Assembly: GCA_009602725.1 (NCBI GenBank) | Contig: WELB01000022.1 | Coordinates: 1,028,848 to 1,064,192, forward strand | Reading direction: 5' to 3' | DNA: 35,345 nt | DNA from: Spirogloea muscicola | Lineage: Eukaryota | Shown here: positions 20,381 to 31,667 of the stretch, in pieces | Layout of the letters: every line of letters starts with the position of its first letter | Numbering within the stretch: the first letter of the stretch is position 1 | Translations under genes and position numbers: made by a program | Notes under the pieces: model-generated | What the model was told of the DNA's origin: nothing | Database searches by the model: none | What the model saw: only the letters and a program-made list of their open reading frames with translations

Positions 20381-23300
20381 ATGACAGCCGCCGCAGGTAG
20401 CGCCGCGGCCGCAGCGCTCGCCGCCGTCGCGCTGCTCACTTGCGTTGTCGGCTCCGCCGTCGGTAACCTCGGGTGAGCAGCTGCCCACCACTGCACTTTC
20501 AGTCCTGAGCCGCGAGCGGATTGCGCCTGCCAGTCCTCTTTCTTTCTGTGTTCACTCTTTCTTTCTGTATTCATTATTTTGTCTGGGGCTGGCCACTTAC
20601 ATCCATCGCCCTCTACTGGAAGCGTCTTTCTCACTTTCTTTATGATGCAATTCGCCGCTGGGCTCCTCCGGTGGCACGCACTTCAGCGCCCAATGCTTGG
20701 CCACTCCGTATGGCCGCCCTCGCGCGCTGACGGCAATCTTTACGCTGGCACGCAGCTCCGACAAGGTGGCGCTGCTGGCCTTCAAGGCCGGTATCACCAG
20801 CGACCCCTTTGGCGCGCTCGACAACTGGCACTCTGCCGATCGCACACCGTGCGGCTGGTTCGGCATTGAGTGCAACGCCACGGCGCCTGGTGGCCCCAGG
20901 CAAGAGCAAGAGCTTTGCGCCGAGCCTGGCCTTCGCCGGCTGCTGCAACGCTTCATACGACCAGCACAAGCATCGGCGTCCGAAGTGGCAGCCGGTGTTC
21001 GCCTCCTCGGCAGCCTTCCGTCAGGACCAATGGCAGTGGCTGCCTGCAGCAGCTCAGCAGAGGCCCTCTTGACCAGCAGCATTCTTGCGAGCTCCTGAAG
21101 GTGCGGCGGGTGGTCAAGGATTGAATCAAATCAGCTTCCTCCGCCACTGATCGCTGCTTACTGCTTGCAGGCAAGTAATTGGGCTCTATTTGTCCGGGAC
21201 GCTTTTGGAAGGTGTGCTGGCACCGGAGCTCGGCAAGATCAGCAGCCTGCTCTACATAATATTGAACAACAATCTGCTCTCGGGCCCCATCCCCATGGAG
21301 CTGGGTAGCATCACTAATCTTCGTACCCTCCTCCTTGGTAGCAACAGGTCAGCATGCTTCAGTTGCTTGTCAGTTATTTCAGTGAACGCTAAGACAACTG
21401 TGATCCTTTGCAAATTCTCGACCTTACGACGTTCTCCTGGGGGGCCTGCATGCACACGATATGCACATGGTCTTCAGAAAAGTGCCGCAACTTTCCAGGT
21501 CTTACGGTCAGCTGGTGAGGCGGCATCAGTCATGAGTGCACTCTTCATTACGAAGCTGATGCAAATCTGCAAATCTAAGTGAAACATATTGGTCAATCTT
21601 CTTGTACATGGCAGGTTGTCAGGTCTTATCCCAGAGGAGCTCGGGAGACTCTCTGCCCTCCAGGGCCTCTATCTCTACAACAACACGTACTCACCTTACC
21701 TACGCACTCTTAATTGCTGATGTTCGCCCTCCCGAGATGTATATTGTGTAAAGAAATTGCAGCTGACATTGTCACTTAGTGGCTGACATATAAATGCTTG
21801 GCAGGTTAAGTGGCCACCTGCCCCCCCAGTTGGGACAACTAGTGCTGCTCACCCAACTCTGGCTCTCTGGCAACAACCTCTCTGGACCAATTCCATCGAC
21901 ACTCTCCAGTCTCCAGAACTTGCAAGTGCTGATGATGGACAGCAACCAATTTTCCGGCCCATTTCCAGAGTGGCTTGGCAACCTGAGCAGTGCACTGACT
22001 ATCTTCCTAGGTCAAAACAATTTGACTGGAGGAGTACCTGCAAGCATCCAATATTTGCAGAGAATCCAAGTTTTTGACATCTCCAGCAACCACCTGACAG
22101 GCAGTCTCCCCCAGGAAATTGGAGACTTAAGCAAGCTGACTACATTTTCGGCTGCAAGCAACTCATTCAGCAGGCCTATACCAGTTAGCATTGGCAGTCT
22201 GCCGTCGCTGATCTATCTCGACCTTTCGGAGAATGACCTCAGTGGCAGCATCCCAGCATCCTTCGCAAATTTGAATCTCACTCAATTCTTTAACATCTCC
22301 AATAACAACCTCAGTGGGCCTATTCCTGGTGGTTCTATTGGTCAATACGACAGCAGCTCCTTTGCTGGCAATGCAGCATTGTGTGGCGGCCCTTATCTGG
22401 CCTGCAAGGCAGCTCCCCCACCACCTCGCTCTCTTCCTCCTTTTACAACACCACCTCCAGAGCACAAGTCTCCAAGCTTATCGTGTAGGGCAATTGGCGG
22501 CATTGTCGTTGGGGGTATTGTTGTCCTTCTCCTCCTGTTGCTGGGACCGCTCCTGCTGTGTTGCTTAGCTTTGAAAAAGGACAAGACTATGACAGACAAG
22601 GAGCAAAACTTATGCTTATGCTCCAAGATGTCCATCACTAAGGACAGACTCCAAGGTCCCTTCACCTTTGAGGAGCTCATGGATGCAACTGAGAACTTCA
22701 ACGACAATCATATTATTAGTTTGGGCGGCGTTGGGAAAGTGTATAGGTACGTACATGATGGAAGCACAAGCTATGCATATGCCGGCCCTGCTTGCAGTTG
22801 TGTTCATTTCCTTCTTCCCTTGGTGTGTCTTCTCGGTGCTTGTTGCCCCGATCTTTACAATGTCCTATGGCTTGCATAAGTACATAGGCCACTCAGATGA
22901 AGATGCTGAGCAGTGCGCAGAAGAAGGATGGCAAAATTTATGTAGTGAGGAGGCTAGCACCAGACAGCAGACAAGACATGAGCAAGGTACAAGCTGAGGT
23001 TGAGTTGCTGAGTCGCAATGTCAATCATTGCAATGTGGTTCCGCTACGGGGCTGGTACATCCCCAAGCACAACAACGTGGACATGCTGCTCATCTATCCA
23101 TTCTTGCCTGGCGGGAATCTTGACCAACTGGTGCACGGGGGAGAGGGTGTGCCTTCTAAGCCAGATGGGTTTGACCACTGGTCTGCACGATGTAAAGTCA
23201 TTCTGGGTGCGGCCGTTGGGCTTAAGTACTTGCATGATGAGTTCCATTCTGGGTTGGTGCATAAGGACATCAAGCCGAGCAAGATCTTATTGGATGAGCA

Positions 23301-23951
23301 AGGTCAAGGTTATGTGGCGTTATGTGCACGAGGTTTGCTTGACACGCACGTGTCAATCACGGCTGCAGGTGACTTCTTCGAGCACTCCAGTGGCATCTGT
23401 TCTCTGTCGTGGGCCTCTTGACATCATGTCAGAAAGATGAGTTGCTCACTGCATGTATTCCGACATGCTGGTTGCGGCTTCTCAAAGTAAACCCCTCGCT
23501 AACAAGGAGTCAGAATTTCTGCAACTCTTGAATGCAATGCCATGATTGCTGCATTTTCGCAGGCACAATTGGATATCTGGCTCCAGATGGCATTCTGGGC
23601 CAAAGGACTAAGCGCACCGATGTCTTCAGTTTTGGAGTCATGATTCTGGAGACCGTCACTGGCAAGCGGCCTGTTGATCCAATATTTCAATGCGAAACTG
23701 CAACTGGGGGCAGCTTGACTGAGTGGGTGCAGTCATGCCTTCGCAGTGGGGAGCCTATGGAGTGCATCGATATGGCGCTAGCTCCATTTGTCCCCCAGAA
23801 GCTTGATGAGATGAAGGGAGCCTTAAAAGCAGGGGTGCTTTGCTGCTCCGGTGTTCCAAGTCGAAGGCCATCAATGAAAGACGTTGTTTTAATTTTCCAA
23901 TATCTTCAAGCTTTTGGTGCTGGTTCCCCATTTCCTGGAGTGCTGAGTTGA
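20381..23951 (+). CDS. LRR receptor-like kinase (SP, LRRNT, about 11 LRRs, Pro-rich linker, TM, atypical kinase), about 756 aa
   Basis: Predicted exons 20381-20472, 20756-20899, 21171-21347, 21615-21686, 21805-22746, 22914-23368 and 23563-23951 total 2271 nt and join in frame. Motifs: ALLAFK..W..TPCGWFGIEC; plant LRRs (L.L..N.LSG.IP); GNAALCGGP; TM AIGGIVVGG..; HKDIKP; GTIGYLAP; DVFSFGV. Intron 2 requires a GC donor. Confidence 0.88.
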
Positions 23952-24582
23952 CATTTTCAGAGAGACTGTTGGCCACCCAATTGATTTGATTATCTCGTCA
24001 TTTTTTATTCTTAAGCTGAGTACCTTGGCAAAAACGATAACTCAGATGAGACTCTTGACAGTAGAGATCCGATGCTGCAAAGTTAGTGATAATCATTACC
24101 AGGGGTACTAGGGGTACGTGCATGGCTCCCTGGCTTTGCCCTGTTGACCGTGTGTGTAACGTACCCACTGTCTGTGAGCACCAATCAGCGATGTTACCGC
24201 TTACATGATTGGGATAATTGCGGACAAGTTTTACCCCGAAATACAAGGCAGTCAGCCTCGAGATGCACAGCACGTTCCTGTTCCGTTCCGACACTCGTCC
24301 CGTCATCGCCCTTAATCGACCTGCCTTGTGTGACGGCTACGGCACTTAGCAGCTATAGCTAGTCTAACAGTTTGTTAGCTAGAGGTTACCATAGAGACGA
24401 TGGGCTAGCTTAGCAGACACTTAGAGTGGCACGTGTCGACACGGCCTGGCGGCATGCTGGCTATGGCGGGCATGCCGGCTATGGCGGGCCTGGCCGTGTA
24501 GCCTCTGGGGCTCCTGCCCCGGGCTCGCCCCTCGAAGGCCTGACCTCGGCGCCCTGCCGGATAGACGCTCAGACGAGCTAAG

Positions 24583-24920
24583 GGGAGGGCTCGCCGTCGC
24601 AAAAGAGGGGCTAGCAAAGCCAGCCCAGAAAAGAATGGACACTGTCCGCAGGCCTCAAAAGGCCACAAAACAGTGCCAGGAAAGACAAAACTACACACCA
24701 AGACACGAAATGATGCAGATGGATGCTCAGCAACCACGAGTGAGCAACAGCAAATCAGAATAACTCGAAGCAGGAAAAGCGGCACTCTGCCGAGACCCTG
24801 AGGCAGCAGCCATAGCGCGGCCAGCGTGCCTGTGGACCGCATGAGCCTGAGCTAGGGCAGTCTCCAGAGCCAGACTAACGCGGCAGCTAAGCGCGGCCAT
24901 CAGCGCCCGGGTTCGCTGCA
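24583..24920 (-). mobile_element. RLE element 3' fragment, family A-like
   Basis: Encodes HAVHRHAGRAMAAASGSRQSAAFPASSYSDLLLLTRGC*, followed by the tail. Confidence 0.75.
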
Positions 24921-25205
24921 CTTGCCGGGTGACCCTCGGTGGGCCCGGACAGTACAGGGGCTCCCGATGGGTCCACCCTGGGAGGCATCAACCTCGTGCA
25001 CTTTGTCACTTTTTTGGGCTGGCTGTTCACAGCCCTTGCCCCCTTTGGCAGAGCCACTTCCTTTCTCTGGAAGCGTCTTTCTCTTCTGGAAGCGCTTACT
25101 CTCTTCCCGACCCACTCATTGTATTTTCTCAGACTTTCGAGGCTCCCCTCTAGAATAAATTGCGCGCCCGTAAAGAAGAGGGGCTGAGGCCAGCCCCAAA
25201 TGAAT

Positions 25206-25300
25206 GGACAAAATGAACTTATTATTGGACATAGACAGACTGGGAAAACTGCAATTGCTATTGATACTATTTCAAATCAGAAAGAGATCAATACAAATAC
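25206..25300 (+). pseudogene. atp1: ATP synthase alpha subunit fragment (Walker A region), mitochondrial-type NUMT
   Basis: An AT-rich island encodes [26 protein letters not shown] versus the atp1 consensus [23 protein letters not shown]. The AIAID segment favours mitochondrial atp1 over plastid atpA. Confidence 0.85.
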
Positions 25301-25321
25301 CAAAAAGAATGATTACACAGC

Positions 25322-26175
25322 TCTAGCGCAGCGGCCTGGCTCTCCGCCCTTCCTATCGACGACGCACTGCGGATGCCAGACGTGATCTTCCGCACGGTCC
25401 CCCGCCCTGTCTTGTGGGAGTGCTGCAGTGCGAGTGCGGGGAACGTCGGCGGATCCAGCGGAGCTGGCGGCGCACGTCCTTTGCTGCGCTCCTCCGGAGG
25501 CGAGCGCACCGCTGCCCATGACCTCCTCAGAACTGCCATGTTCGGCATTCTCCTGGAGGCTGGGCACACTGTGGCGCTGGAGAATACGTGCATCGTGCCT
25601 ATCCTGCAGAAGGCGGATGGACTACACACTCGGCGGGTCAATCTGGTGGCCACCACGCCGGACGGCGGCCCGAGCGGCATTGCCGACGTTGCCTCTGATG
25701 TGGTGGACCGTTCCAGTCCGGGGCTTTCTACCTCTGGCCATGCTGCGGCGACGGCCGCTCGCAGCACGGCGACGAAGCACGCAGATCACCCGGGAGGGGA
25801 CGAATTCGTACCCCTGGCCGCGGAGTGCACGGGGCTCTCGCAACCCAGTGGCTCGACCTATTGGCCTGGCTTGCGCAACGCGCTGCGTCCCACAGGCAAG
25901 GTGAGCAGGCTGACTTTAACGCCACTGGCTCGCTAGCTCAGGTCTACCATATGCGCCTCTCTATCTCCTCCAGCTATCCATGGCCCACGCCTTGCATCTG
26001 CGTGCCGGCCGTGCTCTAGCTGCAGCCTCTGACTTCCGTCAGGGGGATTGCGGCTGCTAGTTTTCCGGATGTGCGGCTCCTCACTCGTCGTTTCTAAGTA
26101 GTTCGTCCCACCCAAAGTCTGAGACAGCGCTTCTGGCCTCTTCGGACCTTGTGAGTGCTTTTCGGGCTGGCTGTA
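25322..26175 (+). mobile_element. 5'-truncated RLE non-LTR retrotransposon, family F (frameshifted)
   Basis: Pieces in order: [58 protein letters not shown]. The 3' end is repeated at 34295-34560 (-). Confidence 0.82.
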
Positions 26176-26360
26176 TGACTTCCGTGGAGGTGGTCTGGCT
26201 CCTCAACCTAGCTTGTCAAGCTGTACGTGCTCACTCGAGGATATTACGTCCCCCTTGGCCAGCTCAGTGCCCCCTTACCAGGACTTTGTGAAGCTCGGAT
26301 TGGCCTCCCTTTCATTTTCATGAGCACCGCGCGCCTTCTTCACAGCCCTTGCCGCCTTGC
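26175..26360 (+). mobile_element. RLE element 3' end, family D
   Basis: Homologous to 9620-9800 and contains VLTRGY. Confidence 0.7.
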
Positions 26361-26673
26361 CTTTGGACTTGGCCATACAGGCCCTCCGTCACTCAATACA
26401 CACTCCATTGCTTTTGTTTTGGGAGGGCCACTTTCCTTCCTTTCCCCCTAGTTCGTCTCCGACTTTTTGACTCACGCCTTGTCTCGACTCTGATTGGGAA
26501 GCACCGCGGCGGCGAGCAGCAGGCCTGGGCGGCGGGCGCGCTGCGGGGCGGCCATGGCGGCGGCGGCGGCCTGCCTGGTCTGATCAAACGAGAGCAGATG
26601 CGGCTGCTGATGTTACAGGATCAGGGTGGAGGGGGGGCGGGCGTGGGAGAGTTTTGTTTTGTTTTGTTTTTTG

Positions 26674-26893
26674 GCCTCTTTCCCTGCAGCGAGCTACTCA
26701 GACCTGATGTTGCTCACTCGTGGGTACTGAGCATCCTCTGCATCGTCTACGTCTTTTGCATTGTTTTGGAGTGCAGTCCTTTTTGCGGCTCCAAAGCCAA
26801 AGCCAAAGAGAGAAACTTTCTTTGGCTTTGGCCATTGTCCATTCTTTTTTGGGCTGGCTTTTTCCAGCCCACCTTCTCTACGGGCGAGCCCTA
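26674..26893 (+). mobile_element. RLE element 3' end, family A
   Basis: Homologous to 3115-3305. Confidence 0.8.
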
Positions 26894-27224
26894 GTTTGTT
26901 TCTGTTGAGGAGGGGGGGGAGGGCGCGCGCGGGCGAGTGGCCTCACTGTCGCGGGAGCCCCCGACACGCGGCGTCCCGGGGGCGGCCACGGGCCCAGGCA
27001 CGCCAGCCCGGCCGCGCCGGCTGCCGTCGCTTGCCGTCGACGGCTTGAGCCCGGGGCCGCGGGCTGCCGATCCGACGGATCACCGAGGCTGCGGCCCGGC
27101 GAGGCAGCAACGCCCCCGGGCGCCCCCTGCGCCGCCTGCTGCCTCCCCCTTAGGCGCTCAGGATGAGTACGCACTGCTTAATTGTATAAGAGATTTAGTG
27201 TACAGTTTAGCGCCATTGGTCACG

Positions 27225-27335
27225 AAAGAATGTGCTCGCCCATAGAACAGAGGGGCTGGCAGAAGCCAGCCAAAAAAAACAATGGACAAAAATGAAAGAG
27301 CCACAACAGGTGCCGAAAAGAAGGGAAACACACAA
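27225..27335 (-). mobile_element. 111-bp RLE tail insertion with a 19-bp target-site duplication
   Basis: Flanked by TTTAGCGCCATTGGT(C/T)ACG at 27206-27224 and 27336-27354. Confidence 0.8.
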
Positions 27336-27670
27336 TTTAGCGCCATTGGTTACGGGTGCAGGAAAATTCGTGTATTTGAAACAAACGAAGGCCAAATGGC
27401 CAAGTACAAAGGCAAGCACATCTAAGACCTATATAACCTGCGGGTGCAGGGGGCTTGACGTGCAGCACCTGCGCACGGGGCAAAAGACTGATGCTGTTGG
27501 TTTCCGAGTACAGTCCAACCAACCCTGTCTCAGGTTATCCTCCACTAGCTCGTACCCTCTATAACGTCATCAAATTCTGGCAGACCGAGTCGGTTTGCCA
27601 GCATAAGGATTATAGCCTCCTATACTTCCATACTTTGTACATGTTTCTCAACATATAAGGTTATACCTAT

Positions 27671-27772
27671 GGACGGACCGTGCAGACGGACCGTGCGGGG
27701 GACCGTGCGACGGCGTGCGACTGACGGACCGTGCGACGGACCGTGCAACGGCCCGTGCGACGGACCGTGCGG
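27671..27772. repeat. Tandem array of an about 12-bp unit GACGGACCGTGC (about 8 degenerate copies)
   Basis: Directly visible in the sequence. Confidence 0.85.
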
Positions 27773-27834
27773 CCTGTACCGTTCGTTATATGTCTATCGT
27801 TATACAAACCTCCCCAACCGACCGTAGAACCTTA

Positions 27835-28393
27835 GGGCCGGGTTACACCGGGGCGGTCGGCCAGAAGCGTTGTGACCGCCGGGTCAAGGCGGTGTCACTG
27901 CCACGGAGGCCGAGGCCGCCTGCCCGTGCCGATGCGTATTTGACTTTCCGTGTATTTGGAGGGGGTTGGTGCCAGCTGTCCCTTCTCGGGCGGGGCCGGG
28001 GTGGGGGGGTGGGGTGGTCGGAATCCAGACCACCTCGGGAGGTGGTCTGGATTCCGGCCGCCAGCGTGGCAAACGCGCGCGTTTCTTCCTTCAACGCGCC
28101 CGAAAGGCGTCCTGGTCAGCGTCCGCTGTGGCGCCTCCGTGGCGTGCGACCACGACCGGGCTGTCCCCCTTGATGACCTCCAAATCTTCAGTGTTATGCT
28201 CCTTCCACTTTACTGCCTGCTGTGTGTAGCCCCTCTTTTTGTCAACAAATACTAGGCCATCTATTGCATAAGATCTCTTTAAGGTCCTATACATGCAGCT
28301 CAGATCTTCCAGCGTTACACCGGCGACGGTCATTTCATTCAACGCGCGACACGTACCCTCGGCGCGGCCGACCGCCCCGGTGTAACCCGGCCC
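27835..28393. mobile_element. Non-autonomous TIR element (PIF/Harbinger-like MITE) with a captured coding fragment
   Basis: Perfect 28-bp TIR GGGCCGGGTTACACCGGGGCGGTCGGCC; flanks TTA/TTG (TWA-type TSD with one change); internal perfect palindrome with 18-bp arms at 28019-28056. Confidence 0.8.
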
Positions 28394-28519
28394 TTGGACA
28401 GGGTTGACTGTACTAACATAGGGCCCTCCCTTCTCAAGCATTTGGGCCTTTCTCATAGTTTTTGAGGTCGTGTTCACTATGTGCGGGACTGCTTTCCTCC
28501 ATACAGCTGTGGAAGAAAG

Positions 28520-28668
28520 AAAGAGCTCGCCCATAGGAAAGAGGGGCTGGCTTTGCCAGCCCAAAAAGAATGGACAATGTCCAAAGGCAAAGAAAGAGGT
28601 GCCGAAAAAGGACTACACTACCAAGCACAACAATGCACTAGGGAAGCTCAGTACCCGCGAGTGAGCAG
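28520..28668 (-). mobile_element. RLE element 3' end, family A
   Basis: LLTRGY* plus UTR homologous to 3150-3305. Confidence 0.78.
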
Positions 28669-30792
28669 AAGAGACTACTTTCCTAAATTTGATGGAAGTG
28701 CTGTTTGTTTAGTTACTTCTGAGCAGGCACCTTTGATGGTCGGCACCATTCACCGTCTCCAATTTCTTGTTCATACTTTTGTGGGCTGGCGTGCTGTGTC
28801 CCGCCGCCAAGGGCAGCAGAGCGAGCGGCCCGGCTTCAATACCGTCGGGTTGCTTGCTCAAGTGCACATGATGCGCCTTGCCATTTCCCTGCAGTTGGTA
28901 ATGTACGTCATCAGGAATGCTTGCCGATGTACTTGGCCACTTTGGCCTTCAAGTTTTCAATACACGCAAGCTTTTTTTGAAAGAGCTTACCACTTTTTCT
29001 TGCAGCCATCGCTTTTATTCTGGAAGAGCAAGGAAAAGTACGGACCTCGTCTTTTCTTAGGACCTTGTCAATCTCTTTCTAGCGTCACTGACAGCCGACC
29101 CTTATTTCCGGAAGATGGTGTGCATGATCTTCATGGCCCCTGCCTCAGACGCTACATTGCTTCATTCATCCTTGTTGGGCTGGCCTTTCACAGCCACTGT
29201 ACACTGGAAGAGCTGTTGTTATATTTGTACTCTGCGCGAGACGGGGCCGGACAGCAAGCGAGCGCGATCGGTGGAGGGTAGGGCCGATCGCTGTGCTCGC
29301 CAGCGACGGCGCGCCTCGGCATGGTGGGCGAGGCGAGGACAAGGCGAAGGCCCCATCATCTCCGATGCCCGCTTCTTGGGTTGGACGAGACGAGTCTGTT
29401 GTGCAGAGGTGGTCCATTGAATCCTGCGCTTAGCATTGCGACCTGGGCCGCCACGGGGCTCACTCACATTCGACGACTCGCATTGCCTTGCAGCTGTCGC
29501 GGCTGCTGCCGGCAGTGTCGGTAGCGATGCTGCAGTGGCTGCCTCTGGCTGGACCTGCCAGCAGGAGGGCAGGTCCTGGGATCACTGGCTGGCCGATCAC
29601 ACCTGGCTTTCGCACCAACTGTGCGCGTTCTACACAGCAGTTCCGCTCGATAAGGCCGAGCACTCCTTTGCTGGAGTCATCTCACGCAGTTCTGCAGCCA
29701 GATGGGTCAGCAGCTTCATCTCATATCAGGCTCAATCTCAAAGTGGGTGGCTTAGGTAGTGGATCTGGTGCCATCACACGGCCATGCACGCAAGTATGTG
29801 GGCTATGAGATGACATGACCCATCACTGATTGGCTGGCTCAGGTACTGCTCAGCAGTTTTCAATCCACGACTCATACTGCTATTGATGTGCACAAACCAG
29901 CACGTAGACAATGATAAGGGTGGTGATATAACCAGCGGCTCTTGCTAGGTCACATATCCAGGCATCTGAATTGCAGCCCAACAAAGTGGCTGTCAGGCTC
30001 TTGTCCAGCCACAGCCAGCTCACTATCCTCCTAACGCTGCCTTCTTGCAGTTGCTACTGCTTGACTACGCGCGTGACACAAGGAGCATTTGAGCATTAAG
30101 TAAACAGCACACGTTCGGAAGCCAACTGGAGCAGCTTGTTACAATGAGGTGTATGAAACACTTGGCACTCTGCTGATGCAGGATAACACGCGTTGCAGCA
30201 TATAGGAAACCTAAGCGAAGGTCGCCAGGTGGAGGTCGCAGCACTCAGTAAGGGGCCATGGCAGCGGGACCAGCAACTCATGTCCGACGGGCTTTACTGT
30301 GCACCATTGCGACATCGTTGGCACAGCCAAACCCCAGAGCAGCAGGAACTCTTACTAGCCACTCAAGGTTGACAGAGGAAGACTGGGCTAGCTGGACTTG
30401 ACTGCTTCGACAAGCAATGCACAATTATGCAGAGATACAGCAGATCTGCAACCCACATCCTAAGGAACCAGAAGTATGCTAGCTGAACCTGTCCACTTGT
30501 AATGTCCACACCCACCACAGCACACACAATACCCCACTGTCAGCAAGAAAAGAATATGCGCTCGCCTGTGTAGCAGCGCCTCCACAAGAGCCAGGCCGAA
30601 ATGAATAAGCTGCACGAGGAGATAACAAGCGTGCCCAGATCTGGGCGGGCATGGCGCCTTCCTTTTTCAATCGACACCATTCTCGCCCTTTTTATTCCTG
30701 AACGAATCTCGCAGTGCTACAAATCGCTTGTAGCACTGGTTCTTGTTCTTCCCAGGAACAGCTGCAGCTATCCGCTCCCATCTAGCAGTCNG

Positions 30793-31066
30793 CCTTTGGG
30801 TCTTGTGTCCTGCTACCGTATGCGTTTGTCTATGTCGCTACAGCGTTCCCAAGCGCTTGCTTTGCATCGCCGCGCTGGTCGTGCCCTTGCAGCAGCCTCT
30901 GGCTTGCGCAGCGGGGTTGCTCTTCCTCCCCTCAGCTCATCTGACTTCCTACTGCTGACACGGGGTTACTAAGAGCGCCCTGGCTGCCTAGCCTGTGGCT
31001 CCGTCATGAACACCTGTATGCATCTGGCTGGCTTTCACAGCCGCTCTTTCAATATCAGCAGCCGCA
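30793..31066 (+). mobile_element. RLE element 3' fragment, family B
   Basis: Near-identical to 3379-3648; begins just after the N at 30791. Confidence 0.82.
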
Positions 31067-31225
31067 TTCATTTGGGTGAGTACGTACAAAATTGGAGGTT
31101 AGCTGGCCAATTTAGCTTGCAGATTAGCGCCTTCGGTTACGGGGTGCAGGAAATTGCTCGCCCACACAGAAGAGGGGCTGGCAAAGCCAACCCAAACAGC
31201 ATGGACAAAATCCAAAGAGCCAAGA

Positions 31226-31635
31226 GCCAGCAGCCGGCAGCTGGTCAGAGGCGCTGCCGGAGGCTCGCCATGGCGGGCCGGGACTGGCCCTCCCAGGCGG
31301 CGGCGAGGGATTGGGTGGCGGCGAACGCGGCGTAAGACTCGAAGGACCGACAGCATGGCTCGTTTGCCCCGTGCGCAGGGCTGTACGTCACGCCCCTGGC
31401 TTTTTCCAGCCCCTATCCTCAATGGGCGAGCCCTTCTCTGGAGGATGGGCATGCTGAAAAAGCAGGGGCGTGACGTACAGCCCTGCGCACGGGGCAAACG
31501 AGCCATGCTGTCGGTCCTTCGAGTCTTACGCCGCGTTCGCCGCCACCCAATCCCTCGCCGCCGCCTGGGAGGGCCAGTCCCGGCCCGCCATGGCGAGCCT
31601 CCGGCAGCGCCTCTGACCAGCTGCCGGCTGCTGGC
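31226..31635. repeat. Perfect palindrome with 173-bp arms and a 64-bp loop containing an RLE tail
   Basis: 31226-31398 is the reverse complement of 31463-31635. Confidence 0.95.
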
Positions 31636-31667
31636 AGCACCGGCTGCATAGCCGCAATCGGTCGAGC

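Noticed and set aside
27671..27772. CRISPR-like appearance of short repeats
   Set aside because: The units are contiguous with no unique spacers, there are no cas genes, and the context is eukaryotic.
28481..29281. 266-aa ORF
   Set aside because: It is a chance read-through of several retroelement fragments in mixed orientation.
29230..30790. Exon-like segments with acceptor-like sites
   Set aside because: There are stops in all frames and no recognisable domain.
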